Virus record (IMG/VR): IMGVR_UViG_3300025168_015970
Coordinates: 11,056 to 75,055 of that record
Origin: a virus
Reading direction: 5' to 3' (one strand)
DNA: 64,000 bases
Of this stretch, positions 1-10,122 are shown piece after piece (within the stretch, counting starts at the first letter, position 1; the number at the start of each line of letters is the position of its first letter). A model generated the notes under the pieces. That model made no database searches and was not told where the DNA came from. It worked only from the letters and a program-made list of their open reading frames with translations. A program made the translations under genes and the position numbers.

Positions 1-87
1 CAACGTCATATAGAGCAAAGGCTCACATTATATGATAATGAAAAAATAGAATATACATTTACTAAATTCAATGAAACCAAAAAGTAA
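1..87 (+). CDS. uvsW: 3' end of probable UvsW-like helicase (partial)
   Basis: Frame 1 reads QRHIEQRLTLYDNEKIEYTFTKFNETKK*, resembling the UvsW C-terminal H..eR..lY..E motif; uvsW often precedes gp55 in marine T4-like phages. Confidence 0.6.
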   Translation, partial: QRHIEQRLTLYDNEKIEYTFTKFNETKK

Positions 88-517
88 AAAGAAAAAGAAA
101 AATAAAAAAACTTATTATGTTAGTCCTAAGGAGTTTTTACAACTTTTAAGAGACTACTATGAATCAGATAATTTAGTAGACGAACTAGCTGAATCAACCT
201 ATAAGATAGCAGTCGGTTTAAGTTACTCTCCAAACTTTATAAACTATAGCTATAAAGATGAAATGATTGGAGACGCAATAGTTAAAATGATTGCAGCAGT
301 AAAAAACAAAAAATTTAATTTAGAATCCACCTCTAACCCTTTCTCATATTTTACAACTATTGCTTATCATGCATTTATTAATAGAATTAAAAAAGAAAAG
401 AAATACAGAGAGACTATTACTGCATATCAAGAACAACTATATAGTGATTTAGATATAAATGAACCAACACAAAATACTGCCCCTGCTAAAGATTACGATA
501 AAGAATTATATACGTAA
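71..517 (+). CDS. gp55: Late-transcription sigma factor (T4 gp55-like)
   Basis: NFINYSYKDEMIGDA and NPFSYFTTIAYHAFINRIKKEKK motifs; directly upstream of gp47/gp46. Confidence 0.92.
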   Translation: MKPKSKKKKKNKKTYYVSPKEFLQLLRDYYESDNLVDELAESTYKIAVGLSYSPNFINYSYKDEMIGDAIVKMIAAVKNKKFNLESTSNPFSYFTTIAYHAFINRIKKEKKYRETITAYQEQLYSDLDINEPTQNTAPAKDYDKELYT

Positions 518-1566
518 TGTCAAAAGAATCTGACAATAAGGTTGGTTTTTTCACCGATCTACATATAGGGATGCATCAAAACAGTGAGAAGTGGCATGAT
601 GTTACCTATAAATGGGCACAATGGTTTACTAAAGAGCTCAAAAGTAAAGATATTAAAAAAATAATATTTGGAGGAGATTTATTTCACTATAGAGATGAGA
701 TAAATGTTAAAACATTATATTTTACAAACTCTTTATTAGATCTATTTAATGATTTTGAAATATTAATGATACCAGGTAATCATGACGCTTACTATAAAGA
801 TAATTCAACTGTACATTCTTTATCTATTTTAAATAATAGACATAATATAACTATTTTCGATAAGCCTCATGTAGAAGAGATATGTGGCAGGCAGGTTGGT
901 TTCTGTCCATGGGGCACTTCATTAGAGGATATTCCTGAAAATTGTGATTTGATAGTTGGTCATTTTGAATTACAAAATTTTAATTTTAATTCTTTTAAAG
1001 TATGTGAGTGGGGAATATCTTCAACTGATATTCTTACTAAATGTAAACTTATATTTTCTGGTCATTTTCATAAAAAACAGCGAAGACTATATGATAACGG
1101 AGAAATAGTATATGCGGGTAATCCGTTTGAGATGGATTTTAATGACATTAATGACAAAAAAGGATATTATATATTAGATTTTGCAAAAGATAAAATAGAA
1201 TATGATTTTATTGAAAATCCTATTTCTCCTATACATGTTAAAGTATGTTTGACAAATCTAGAAGACCTTAAAGGGATTGCAAAGAAATTAGGGTGGTCCA
1301 AGCTAGCAGTAAAGATTGTTATTGATAAGGATATAAAATCTAATTTATTAGATAAAATTATTGCATCAATAAATTTTGAAGCTCCATTTTCTTTAACTAC
1401 AGATTACTTACACAAATTTAGTATAGGAGATAATATAAACATACCTAACGAATTTGGAGACTTGAATATAAAACAATGTATTATAGAATATATTGATTCT
1501 CTTGATATAGAGGATAAACCAACAATTATTAACAAAACCTTACAACTATATAATAATTTTTCATGA
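517..1566 (+). CDS. gp47: Recombination endonuclease subunit (Mre11/SbcD-like, gp47)
   Basis: Metallophosphoesterase motifs DLH, GD, GNHD, GH, SGHFH. Confidence 0.93.
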   Translation: MSKESDNKVGFFTDLHIGMHQNSEKWHDVTYKWAQWFTKELKSKDIKKIIFGGDLFHYRDEINVKTLYFTNSLLDLFNDFEILMIPGNHDAYYKDNSTVHSLSILNNRHNITIFDKPHVEEICGRQVGFCPWGTSLEDIPENCDLIVGHFELQNFNFNSFKVCEWGISSTDILTKCKLIFSGHFHKKQRRLYDNGEIVYAGNPFEMDFNDINDKKGYYILDFAKDKIEYDFIENPISPIHVKVCLTNLEDLKGIAKKLGWSKLAVKIVIDKDIKSNLLDKIIASINFEAPFSLTTDYLHKFSIGDNINIPNEFGDLNIKQCIIEYIDSLDIEDKPTIINKTLQLYNNFS

Positions 1567-3389
1567 AGTATGTAGAGTTTAGCTCAGTAAAGATACGTAA
1601 TTTTCTCTCTATAGGTACAGAGCCAGTAGAGATTAATTTCCGCGAAGGTTTAAACATAATTACCGGAGTTAATAAAGATAAAGAAGATAGGAGAAATGGA
1701 GTAGGTAAATCAACAATTGCTGACGCAATACATTTTGCAATTTTTGGAGAAACTATTCGAGAATTATCTAAAGATTTTATAGTTAATTCTATTAATAAAA
1801 AAAATACATATGTAGAATTAACCTTTTGTGTTAATGAAAATAATAAAGTAGATCGTTACAGAATAGTTCGTAAGTTAAAACCTACAAAGTGTTATCTTTA
1901 TGTAGATGATGTTGACCTTACTGAAAGTACTATACCTAATACAAATAAGAAAATAAAAAAAATACTCAATAGTTCTCCTGAGGTATTTCAGAACTGCGTT
2001 ATTATGTCTCTTAATACAACTTTACCTTTTATGGCTCAGCGTAAAGTTGAAAAGAGAAAATTTATTGAAGGAATTTTAAATTTAGAAATATTTTCTGATA
2101 TGTTACTATCTGCTCGATCAGAGTTTAATGAAGTACAGAAAAAATATGAACATATTACAAAAGATTATGATCATGCAAATAATATATGTAAGTTGTTAAA
2201 TGAACAAAAAGATAATATTATTAGTAATGTTAAAGAGCAAAAAAATAAAATTTTAACTAGGGTTGAAGTTATTAAGATAGATGTAGAAGAAAATAAATCT
2301 AAAATCAAAAATATTAATAAAATATTATTTGAGAAAAGTAAAGAAAAATTTAAAGAAATAAATGAAAAGATTACTAATATTTCTACACAAATGTCTAGTG
2401 TAAAAACTAAAATTACAAGACATGAGACTGAAATAGACTTTCATACAAAAAAATTAAACAACATTGGTACAGGAGAAGATGTATGCCCTACATGCTTACA
2501 TCAAATCACTAGTAATGATAGAGATCATATTGAGAATGAAAAGAAAGACATAAACAAAGATATAGAAAACTGTAAAGATGATATTGAAAGTTTAAATAAA
2601 CAAATTGTTACTATAAAAGAACTAAAACAAAATAATTTAAATGCTCAAAATCAAATTAAAGAATATATTTCTAACATTAAGACTGTAAACAATAATAATA
2701 AACTTACAAAATCATATATTCAAAATTTAAATACAGATCTAGATAAAAACAATAAAGATCTCGAAGATTTAGAGAAGCGAGAGACTAGTGTAGAGATACA
2801 AGAATTAAATAATAAAATAAAACTCAATCTTGCAGAGGTAACTGATTTAGAGAATACCTCGAACTCTATTCACAAGGATTTATCTATACTAGAAGTAGTA
2901 AAGTATATTTTATCAGAAGAAGGAGTTAAGTCTTTTATAGTAAAGAAGGTACTAGATGTTTTAAATAAAAGACTATTATTTTATTTACAGAAAATGGACG
3001 CAAATTGTATTTGTAGATTTAATGAATATTTTGAAGAAGAGATAGTTAATGAAAAAGGAGAAGAGTGTTCTTATTTTAATTTCTCAGGAGCAGAAAGAAA
3101 AAATATTGATTTAGCGATATTATTTACATTTATGGACATGAGAAGACTACAAGGAGACATAGCGTACAATTTAGTTATGTTTGATGAGCTTCTCGATAGT
3201 TCGTTAGATGAAAAGGGAGTTGAATTAGTACTTAATATAATAAAAGAACGAGTAGATACTTATAATGAAAGTATCTATATTATTTCTCATAGAAAGGAAT
3301 CTGTCAAAGCAGCAACTGGAGATGTAGTTGTTTTAGAAAAGAGAAATGGTATAACAACAAGAGTGGACTTACTCGACAAAACAGAATAA
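1563..3389 (+). CDS. gp46: Recombination ATPase subunit (Rad50/SbcC-like, gp46)
   Basis: Walker A NGVGKST, coiled coil with CPTC zinc hook, FSGAE signature, FDE Walker B, ISH. Confidence 0.95.
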   Translation: MKYVEFSSVKIRNFLSIGTEPVEINFREGLNIITGVNKDKEDRRNGVGKSTIADAIHFAIFGETIRELSKDFIVNSINKKNTYVELTFCVNENNKVDRYRIVRKLKPTKCYLYVDDVDLTESTIPNTNKKIKKILNSSPEVFQNCVIMSLNTTLPFMAQRKVEKRKFIEGILNLEIFSDMLLSARSEFNEVQKKYEHITKDYDHANNICKLLNEQKDNIISNVKEQKNKILTRVEVIKIDVEENKSKIKNINKILFEKSKEKFKEINEKITNISTQMSSVKTKITRHETEIDFHTKKLNNIGTGEDVCPTCLHQITSNDRDHIENEKKDINKDIENCKDDIESLNKQIVTIKELKQNNLNAQNQIKEYISNIKTVNNNNKLTKSYIQNLNTDLDKNNKDLEDLEKRETSVEIQELNNKIKLNLAEVTDLENTSNSIHKDLSILEVVKYILSEEGVKSFIVKKVLDVLNKRLLFYLQKMDANCICRFNEYFEEEIVNEKGEECSYFNFSGAERKNIDLAILFTFMDMRRLQGDIAYNLVMFDELLDSSLDEKGVELVLNIIKERVDTYNESIYIISHRKESVKAATGDVVVLEKRNGITTRVDLLDKTE

Positions 3390-3398
3390 ATCTATATA

Positions 3399-4631
3399 GT
3401 GCTCACACCATTTCAACCCCCAGGTAGTCAGTTACCATTTAGCCAACAAAACCCTCTTATGAGCGGTTTAAAAACAGTGATTACAGGTCCACCTAAAGTA
3501 ACTTCTAAAATGGCTACTCATTCTGCTCCTGATTTAGCACGAGGTATTAATTTTTATGCCGATTATTCTGGGTGTGGTCATTGGAGAATGATATGGCCGG
3601 AAAACTTACTCAATTGTTACGGTAAAGCTAATGTACAAGGCGGTACAGTAATGATTGGGGATAAAAATTTCTATAAAGGTATTAAGACTATACGTATACA
3701 AAGACAAGCTACAGACAGTCAATTATCATATATTAAATGGTTAAAACAAGTACAACCTGAGTGTGGCTTTAAGATAGTATATGAAATAGATGATTTAATT
3801 TTTAATGAAGATATACCTCATTATAATAAATTTAGATTTGCTTTTGAAGATCCAAGTATAAGAAAGACTAGTATGAATATTATGCAAATTTGTGACGAAA
3901 TTACTGTTACAAATAAATTCATGAAAGAATACTATATGGAAAAAACTGGTAATAAAAATATTACAGTTATTCCAAATTTTATACCAAAATTCTGGATGGA
4001 TAGATATTATAACTTAGAGAAAATAAGAGATAATTATCAAAAATTTAAAGGTAAACCTCGGGTAGTATATTGTGGTAGTGGAGCTCATTTTGATGTAGAA
4101 AATAAAATCGGACAAAAAGATGATTTTTTTCATGTAAATGATATTATAAGACAAACTGTAGATGAATTTCAATGGGTATTTGTAGGTGGTTTTCCGCTTA
4201 CTTTAAGAGATTTGATACACCAAAAGAAGGTTGAATACCATGAATGGTCTAACTTAGTAGAATATCCAGAATACATAAGCAAGTTGAAAGCAACTGTATT
4301 TTATGCGCCGCTAGAGGATAGTAATTTTAATAAAGCAAAGAGTGATTTAAAATTTATTGAAGCGTGTGCATTTGGTATACCTTCTGTTTGTCAAGACTTA
4401 TGTACCTATGAAACAGCTTTCCATAAGTTTAAAACTGGTGATGATTTAGTTAATAAAATTAGACTTATAACTGGAGATTCTAAAAAATATCTAAAAGAAG
4501 TAAAAAGAGCTAGAGCTTATATTGAAAAGCGATGGATGGAGACAAATATCGATTATTATACAGAGTTATATTCTTTACCGTATGGTCATAAGAACCGCAA
4601 ACTACTCAATCTCGAAAACGGAATCACTTGA
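3399..4631 (+). CDS. Putative glycosyltransferase (GT-B-like)
   Basis: SGCGHWR start, YEIDD, VIPN and APL..s.FN.aKSdlKfiE motifs typical of phage GT-B-type glycosyltransferases. Confidence 0.72.
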   Translation: MLTPFQPPGSQLPFSQQNPLMSGLKTVITGPPKVTSKMATHSAPDLARGINFYADYSGCGHWRMIWPENLLNCYGKANVQGGTVMIGDKNFYKGIKTIRIQRQATDSQLSYIKWLKQVQPECGFKIVYEIDDLIFNEDIPHYNKFRFAFEDPSIRKTSMNIMQICDEITVTNKFMKEYYMEKTGNKNITVIPNFIPKFWMDRYYNLEKIRDNYQKFKGKPRVVYCGSGAHFDVENKIGQKDDFFHVNDIIRQTVDEFQWVFVGGFPLTLRDLIHQKKVEYHEWSNLVEYPEYISKLKATVFYAPLEDSNFNKAKSDLKFIEACAFGIPSVCQDLCTYETAFHKFKTGDDLVNKIRLITGDSKKYLKEVKRARAYIEKRWMETNIDYYTELYSLPYGHKNRKLLNLENGIT

Positions 4632-4656
4632 TTTATTTTGAATAATCCTGTATACT
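4628..4656 (+). promoter_or_regulatory. Sigma70-type promoter for DNA polymerase
   Basis: TTGATT-17 nt-TATACT, 7 nt upstream of GTG at 4664. Confidence 0.6.
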
Positions 4657-4663
4657 CGTTGGA

Positions 4664-7321
4664 GTGTATAGAAACTTAGCATACATACCCAATCAGCGAG
4701 TCATGAGACTCTACACATGGGATGAAAATGGGGAGAGAATAGAAACAGATTGCCCATATCAACCTTATTTTTATTATGAAACAAATTCAAATAGATATGA
4801 TGGGGTGTCTTTATACGGTACTAAATTAAGAAAAGTCTTTGCTAATAGTAATCTTGACCGCCGTAAAAAAATTGAAGATTTAAATGATCATAAAATTTAT
4901 GAGAACATTACACCCTATCAACAGTTTTTAGTAGATAGGTTCTGGGAAGTAAATGAATCTAATGATTTTAGTAAATTTCCATTAAAGATATGGTTCTTTG
5001 ATATTGAGACATATTCCCCCGACGAATTTCCAAAACCAGAGGAAGCTAGTCATATGATAAATGTAATCACTATATATGATACAGTAAAGGAAACGTATTA
5101 TACATGGGGAATTAATCCATATACCCCTAAAACAGATGATGTTGTTTACGTACATTGTAAGAGTGAAGTTGAGCTGTTACAGAAATTTTTAGACTTTTAT
5201 TGCAATGATCGCCCTGATATACTATCTGGGTGGAATAGTGAGATATTTGATGTCCCGTATGTAATAAACCGGGTCAGAAATCTCTTAGGAGAAGATGCTA
5301 CAAGACTGTTTTCTCCAGTCCATGACGAAATTATGAAGCCAATATACCAACGAGTGTATCGTGGTAATTTTGGTATGACAACTACGAAATATGTAGTAGA
5401 AGGGGTGTCTATGCTTGATTATCTCGATGTGTATAAAACCTTCAGCATGGGCATGAGAGACAGCTATAAGTTAGATAACATAGCTCATATAGAACTAGGA
5501 GAGAACAAGGTAGATATAGGAGAAACTAACCTTGCTACACTGTCTATAGAGGATTGGGACAAGTTTGTTGATTACAATATACATGATGTTAGATTGCTAG
5601 TACGACTGGAAGCTAAGCTTATGTACATGGATCTTGCTCGTATGTTGTCTTATATTGGACTAACCCCGTTTAATGCGGCTTTAGGTACAATCAGCACTGT
5701 AAACGGTCGAGCAATCGTTGAAGCGCGAAAGCTAGATACCCCTAGAGTTATACCAACTTTTGTGAAAGGAGATGACCGCACCGGGAAATTTGAAGGGGCT
5801 TATGTTGGTGAACCGAAACGAGGGTTTCAGGAAAATGTTATATCTTTTGACGCTAACTCCCTGTACCCTAGTGTAATGGTAACTCTTAACTTGAGCCCAG
5901 AAACTAAAGTAGGTAGCATTGTCGGTACTGATAATGGTAAGGTGTTTGTAAAGACAGTCAATAACAAGGATATTGAAATGTCTTATGAAGACTTCAACAA
6001 ATGGTGTGCAAAAAATGAGATTGCAGTCACTAGAGCAAAAAAACTTTTCTCTCAAAAAACCAAAGGTATCTTCCCTAGAATTACAGATCACTTCTATGAT
6101 ATACGAAAAGTAAAAAAACAAGAATGGAACGAAGCTAGGGAGGCTTTACATCAATTATCATTGAAATTAGAAAAAGAAACTGACAGTAAAGAGCGTATCA
6201 AAATAGAGCAAGATATGAAAGATATGCAATTCAAAATTGATCAGCTTTGGATTTGGCAGTTTACTTTAAAGATTCTTATTAACAGAATTTACGGCTATTT
6301 TGGCAATAAAATATCTCAAATGGGGGATGGAGACATCGCAAGATCAATTACGTTAACTGGTAGAGACGTAATTAAACAAAGTAATATAATTCTAAGAAAC
6401 TATATTAAAAAGATTACCGGGATGTCTGATAAAGAATTGGATGGTAATGATCCAATCATATATAATGACACAGATAGCTCTTATTGTACTATAACCCCTA
6501 TACTAAAACATCTAGGTATACCCTTACATGATAACAATAAAATAGATGACCGAGTATATAAATTAGTACAAGATATTGAAGACGATTTAAACGTTCATAT
6601 TGATAAATGGGCAAGAGATACCCTATTAACTAAGGATCCTAGGTTTGTTTTTAAGAGGGAGTCAATTTGTGACAAAGGTATATTTCTACAAAAGAAACGT
6701 TACGTGTTACATAAACTTGACGATGAAGGAGTAGTTTGCAATAAATTTAAATACACCGGGGTAGAGGTAGTTAGAACCACTATGCCTAATGCAATCAAGC
6801 CATATGTTAAGAAAATTATTGAACATATGATTATGACTGAAAATCAAAATACTACTAACGAACTGTTTGAAGAGACGTATGAAATTTTTAAGTCCTTACC
6901 AATTAAAGATATTGCATTTGTGATGGGAGTTAAAGAATATGAGAAATATAGCATATATACTAAAGATTGGCAGGTCAAAAAAGGAACACCGATTCACGTT
7001 AAGTCCTCTATATATTACAATAAACTTTTAGAGCATTATGGTATTGACAAGAAATATGAAAGTATTAGTTCAGGTGATAAAATCCGGTATTTTTATACTG
7101 TGACCCCTAATAAGTTTGGTTTAAATAGCTTAGGTTTTAAGTATGACTTACCTCAAGAATTCGAACAAGACTTTAAAATAGACTACGAAAAAATGTTCGA
7201 CAAGATTGTTTATAGCGTTATTGATAGGTTCTATGATAACGTGAATTGGAAGTCCTTTAAACCTGGTCAAGCAGTAAATGTAGATTTATTTGATTTCTTT
7301 AAAGTAGATGTTGCAAATTAA
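4664..7321 (+). CDS. gp43: Family B DNA polymerase (gp43)
   Basis: Exonuclease DIET and GWNS..FD motifs; DANSLYPS, KILINRIYG, YNDTDS, KKRY. Confidence 0.97.
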   Translation: MYRNLAYIPNQRVMRLYTWDENGERIETDCPYQPYFYYETNSNRYDGVSLYGTKLRKVFANSNLDRRKKIEDLNDHKIYENITPYQQFLVDRFWEVNESNDFSKFPLKIWFFDIETYSPDEFPKPEEASHMINVITIYDTVKETYYTWGINPYTPKTDDVVYVHCKSEVELLQKFLDFYCNDRPDILSGWNSEIFDVPYVINRVRNLLGEDATRLFSPVHDEIMKPIYQRVYRGNFGMTTTKYVVEGVSMLDYLDVYKTFSMGMRDSYKLDNIAHIELGENKVDIGETNLATLSIEDWDKFVDYNIHDVRLLVRLEAKLMYMDLARMLSYIGLTPFNAALGTISTVNGRAIVEARKLDTPRVIPTFVKGDDRTGKFEGAYVGEPKRGFQENVISFDANSLYPSVMVTLNLSPETKVGSIVGTDNGKVFVKTVNNKDIEMSYEDFNKWCAKNEIAVTRAKKLFSQKTKGIFPRITDHFYDIRKVKKQEWNEAREALHQLSLKLEKETDSKERIKIEQDMKDMQFKIDQLWIWQFTLKILINRIYGYFGNKISQMGDGDIARSITLTGRDVIKQSNIILRNYIKKITGMSDKELDGNDPIIYNDTDSSYCTITPILKHLGIPLHDNNKIDDRVYKLVQDIEDDLNVHIDKWARDTLLTKDPRFVFKRESICDKGIFLQKKRYVLHKLDDEGVVCNKFKYTGVEVVRTTMPNAIKPYVKKIIEHMIMTENQNTTNELFEETYEIFKSLPIKDIAFVMGVKEYEKYSIYTKDWQVKKGTPIHVKSSIYYNKLLEHYGIDKKYESISSGDKIRYFYTVTPNKFGLNSLGFKYDLPQEFEQDFKIDYEKMFDKIVYSVIDRFYDNVNWKSFKPGQAVNVDLFDFFKVDVAN

Positions 7322-7338
7322 TTTCAATCATCTATAAT
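7311..7338 (+). promoter_or_regulatory. Sigma70-type promoter
   Basis: TTGCAA-16 nt-TATAAT, 6 nt upstream of ATG 7345. Confidence 0.7.
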
Positions 7339-7344
7339 ACTTGC

Positions 7345-7701
7345 ATGGACATTATCACATACATTGATAGTATAGGTAGGACATGTTTCGGAGAACTAGA
7401 GTCTCGTACGAAGAACTCTATTAAAGTTAAATCACCCGCTATGATTATGGTGACTCCTAACGACGCTGCGAACATGAAGGTAGACGTTATGCCTCTATTT
7501 TTTACAGAATTCTCTAACGGAAAACCACCGGTTTTTATTTATAAAGACCCTCAATTCGTAGAGGTAGAAATTGAGATTTCTGAGAAAATCTTACAGCATT
7601 ATTATGCAAAGATAAACACTACAGAGGAACCAAACCCTGCAGGGGTAACTGAAGCCCTTGAGGAAGAAGTACCTGAAGTAACATTATTCGAAGAGAAATA
7701 A
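7345..7701 (+). CDS. Hypothetical protein between gp43 and uvsX
   Basis: Intact ORF with its own promoter and an acidic tail. Confidence 0.6.
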   Translation: MDIITYIDSIGRTCFGELESRTKNSIKVKSPAMIMVTPNDAANMKVDVMPLFFTEFSNGKPPVFIYKDPQFVEVEIEISEKILQHYYAKINTTEEPNPAGVTEALEEEVPEVTLFEEK

Positions 7702-7703
7702 TT

Positions 7704-8792
7704 ATGTCATCTCTCGCTGATAAAGCTTTTGCTAAATTACAAAAGTTAAATTCAAACGCTACTACTCTCGAAAATAATACACTTAGTAACGTAACTGAGT
7801 GGATTGATACAGGTTGTTTAGTATTAAACTCTATAGTATCAGGTTCTATATATGGAGGGGTACCTAAAGGTAGAATTACCATTTTTGCTGGAGATTCCGG
7901 TTGTGGTAAAACGTTTATTTTAAATAAAATTTTAGCAAACGCTCAGCGAATGGGTATGATACCTATTATTTTTGACACTGAAATAGCTGTTGAAAATGAA
8001 GGAGCAGAAAACGTCGGCTTAGATACATCTAACGTAAAATATGTACCGGTCGATACTGTAGAAAATTGTCGTAATCAGATTATGACATTTTTAGATGAAG
8101 TAGAAAAAGAACCAGAACTACATGGTAAATTTATTATTTCAATAGACTCTTTAGGCAATTTAGCATCAGAAAAAGAAATAAATGATGCTCATGCTAATAA
8201 GGGCGCCATGGATATGGGTTTAAGAGCTAAGCAGCTGAAGTCCATGATGCGTATCATTACTTTTAAAGCAGCCGTGACTGGTACAACAGTTATATGCAGT
8301 AATCATACTTATGCGAATCCCGCAGCATTACATCCTACCTTAGTTAAGTCTCAAGCTGGTGGCTCGGGGCCTATATACATGGCGTCTATATTAGTTCAAA
8401 TGGCAGCTAAGAAAGAAAAAACTGATGCATCTAACGATGAGGATGAAGCTTTAACTGAAAGCAGAAATTACTCAGGAGTTACTCTCCGTATGCTTACAGT
8501 AAAAAATAGATTCATTCCAGCATTCTTACAAGGGGAAGCTTATTTAAATTTTAAAACTGGTCTAGATAAATATTCTGGTTTAAAAGATATTGCAGTTGCT
8601 CATGGGATTGTTCAACAAAATGGTTCTACCTATAGCATGGGAGATAAAAAATTAGGTTATTATAAGAATTGGCGCAATGACGAAGAGACGTGGAAAAATA
8701 TCTTACCTAAGTTAGAATCTTCTATAAGTGAAAAGTACCGATACGGTAAGTCCTTAGATAAATCTGCTATATTAGAACAAGATGAAGAGTAA
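7704..8792 (+). CDS. uvsX: RecA-like recombinase UvsX
   Basis: IDTG, GDSGCGKT Walker A, FDTE, IDSLG, NHTY. Confidence 0.95.
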   Translation: MSSLADKAFAKLQKLNSNATTLENNTLSNVTEWIDTGCLVLNSIVSGSIYGGVPKGRITIFAGDSGCGKTFILNKILANAQRMGMIPIIFDTEIAVENEGAENVGLDTSNVKYVPVDTVENCRNQIMTFLDEVEKEPELHGKFIISIDSLGNLASEKEINDAHANKGAMDMGLRAKQLKSMMRIITFKAAVTGTTVICSNHTYANPAALHPTLVKSQAGGSGPIYMASILVQMAAKKEKTDASNDEDEALTESRNYSGVTLRMLTVKNRFIPAFLQGEAYLNFKTGLDKYSGLKDIAVAHGIVQQNGSTYSMGDKKLGYYKNWRNDEETWKNILPKLESSISEKYRYGKSLDKSAILEQDEE

Positions 8793-9471
8793 AGCTGTAG
8801 TACCTATTTCAGGTGGTTTAGATAGTTCCGTAATATTAAGTTTTGCTGCTGAAAAGCATGATGATATATATGCAATAACTTATGACTACGGTCAAAAGCA
8901 CAATAAAGAATTATTATATGCAGGTCTTCAAATTGATTATTATGATAATATTGAAGAGCATAACATAATTGATTTACCGTTTTTTAAAAATCTAGCTCCA
9001 ACCTCTTCTCTTACAAATAATAATATACCTGTTGCTCATGCGCGAGATGTATTAGGAGACGCTCAGACTGTAAACTATGTTCCCTTTCGTAATATGATGA
9101 TGTTATCTATTGCGTGTTCATATGCAGAGGCGGTAGGAGCGGAGACTGTATATCATGGATCTGCTTTGGTAGATAGTCAGGCTGGTTATTGGGATGGTAG
9201 TAGTGAGTTCTTACAAAAGATAAATGAGACAACTTCTTTAAATAGAAAGCATTTAGTAAAAGTTGAAGCCCCTTTAATTAATTTATCAAAAGCAGCAATT
9301 GTTGAGCTTGGTATAGATAATAAAGTTAACTTTGAAGATACGTGGACTTGTTATGAAGGAAAAGATAAGGCGTGTGGTTATTGTACAGCTTGTAGTTCTC
9401 GTATACAAGGCTTTTTAGAAAATAATCTTAAAGACCCGGTAGAATATTCAAGAACGGATATTCCATGGTAA
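8782..9471 (+). CDS. queC: QueC-like PP-loop ATPase (7-cyano-7-deazaguanine synthase family)
   Basis: SGGLDS PP-loop, YDYGQKH, VPFRN, C-terminal zinc motif TWTCY-x6-CGYCTAC; the usual GYPDC reads GYWDG. Confidence 0.88.
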   Translation: MKSKAVVPISGGLDSSVILSFAAEKHDDIYAITYDYGQKHNKELLYAGLQIDYYDNIEEHNIIDLPFFKNLAPTSSLTNNNIPVAHARDVLGDAQTVNYVPFRNMMMLSIACSYAEAVGAETVYHGSALVDSQAGYWDGSSEFLQKINETTSLNRKHLVKVEAPLINLSKAAIVELGIDNKVNFEDTWTCYEGKDKACGYCTACSSRIQGFLENNLKDPVEYSRTDIPW

Positions 9472-9486
9472 AAATATAATATTAAT

Positions 9487-10122
9487 ATGTGCGGTATATT
9501 TGGATCAAATAATATAAAAACATTCAGGGAGTTATATAATAAAAACTCAGAGAGAGGTAATTTTGTACGTAGCATTACTAAGTTATTTCTACCAAACACT
9601 AAACATAATGGTGTAAATGTAACAACAGAATACTCCCAAGACTTTAATAAGAGTATAGAAGAAGATGATTTATGTGTTTATTATCTTGGCCATGTTCAAT
9701 CTCCAACAACAGAAGTAAGAGAGTTTAATACAGATACCTCTCACCCGTTTCAATTTAAAGATACATACATTGCTCATAATGGGGTATTAGAAAATTCTAA
9801 CGAATTAAAAGAGAAATATGAGTTACCAGCAAATGATGTAGATAGTAGTATTATACCTTCTCTCATATATAGACTAGGTTATAAGGAAGCTCTATCTGCA
9901 TTAAAAGGAACATTTGGTTGTTGGGCATATGATCAACAATTGGGACAACTCCGTATATTTAGATCTGGTTCTACATTATGCCTGAGAGGTTCCTCTTTTA
10001 GTTCTGCTTATAAGCCTGATTATGAGAGAGTAGAACAAGGAGTTATATACGAGTGTAATTTTAGTACTAATACGTTCTTTAAAGTAGATAGTTTTAGTAG
10101 TAACTCACCGTTCTTTTTATGA
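9487..10122 (+). CDS. Class II (Ntn) glutamine amidotransferase
   Basis: N-terminal MCGIFG (Cys2 nucleophile), ERG, GH..SPT, HPF, HNG, DS motifs. Confidence 0.85.
   Translation: MCGIFGSNNIKTFRELYNKNSERGNFVRSITKLFLPNTKHNGVNVTTEYSQDFNKSIEEDDLCVYYLGHVQSPTTEVREFNTDTSHPFQFKDTYIAHNGVLENSNELKEKYELPANDVDSSIIPSLIYRLGYKEALSALKGTFGCWAYDQQLGQLRIFRSGSTLCLRGSSFSSAYKPDYERVEQGVIYECNFSTNTFFKVDSFSSNSPFFL

Noticed and set aside
5732-6121. Antisense 129-aa ORF inside gp43, and similar shadow ORFs (7619, 9378, 12825, 13272, 20144, 24125, 25194, 28600, 29444, 31312, 32914, 44372, 45465, 46855, 47582, 48102, 49998, 51614, 51859, 54061, 59568, 59746, 63616)
   Set aside because: They overlap better-supported genes on the other strand or frame and show no motifs or expression signals
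6100-6260. Possible intein or insertion in the polymerase fingers
   Set aside because: A short coiled-coil extension with no Cys/Ser start, His-Asn end or LAGLIDADG motifs
8782-9471. Calling a complete 7-deazaguanine DNA modification (dpd) system
   Set aside because: No dpdA, folE, queD or queE is recognisable in the window, so only the QueC-like family call is supported
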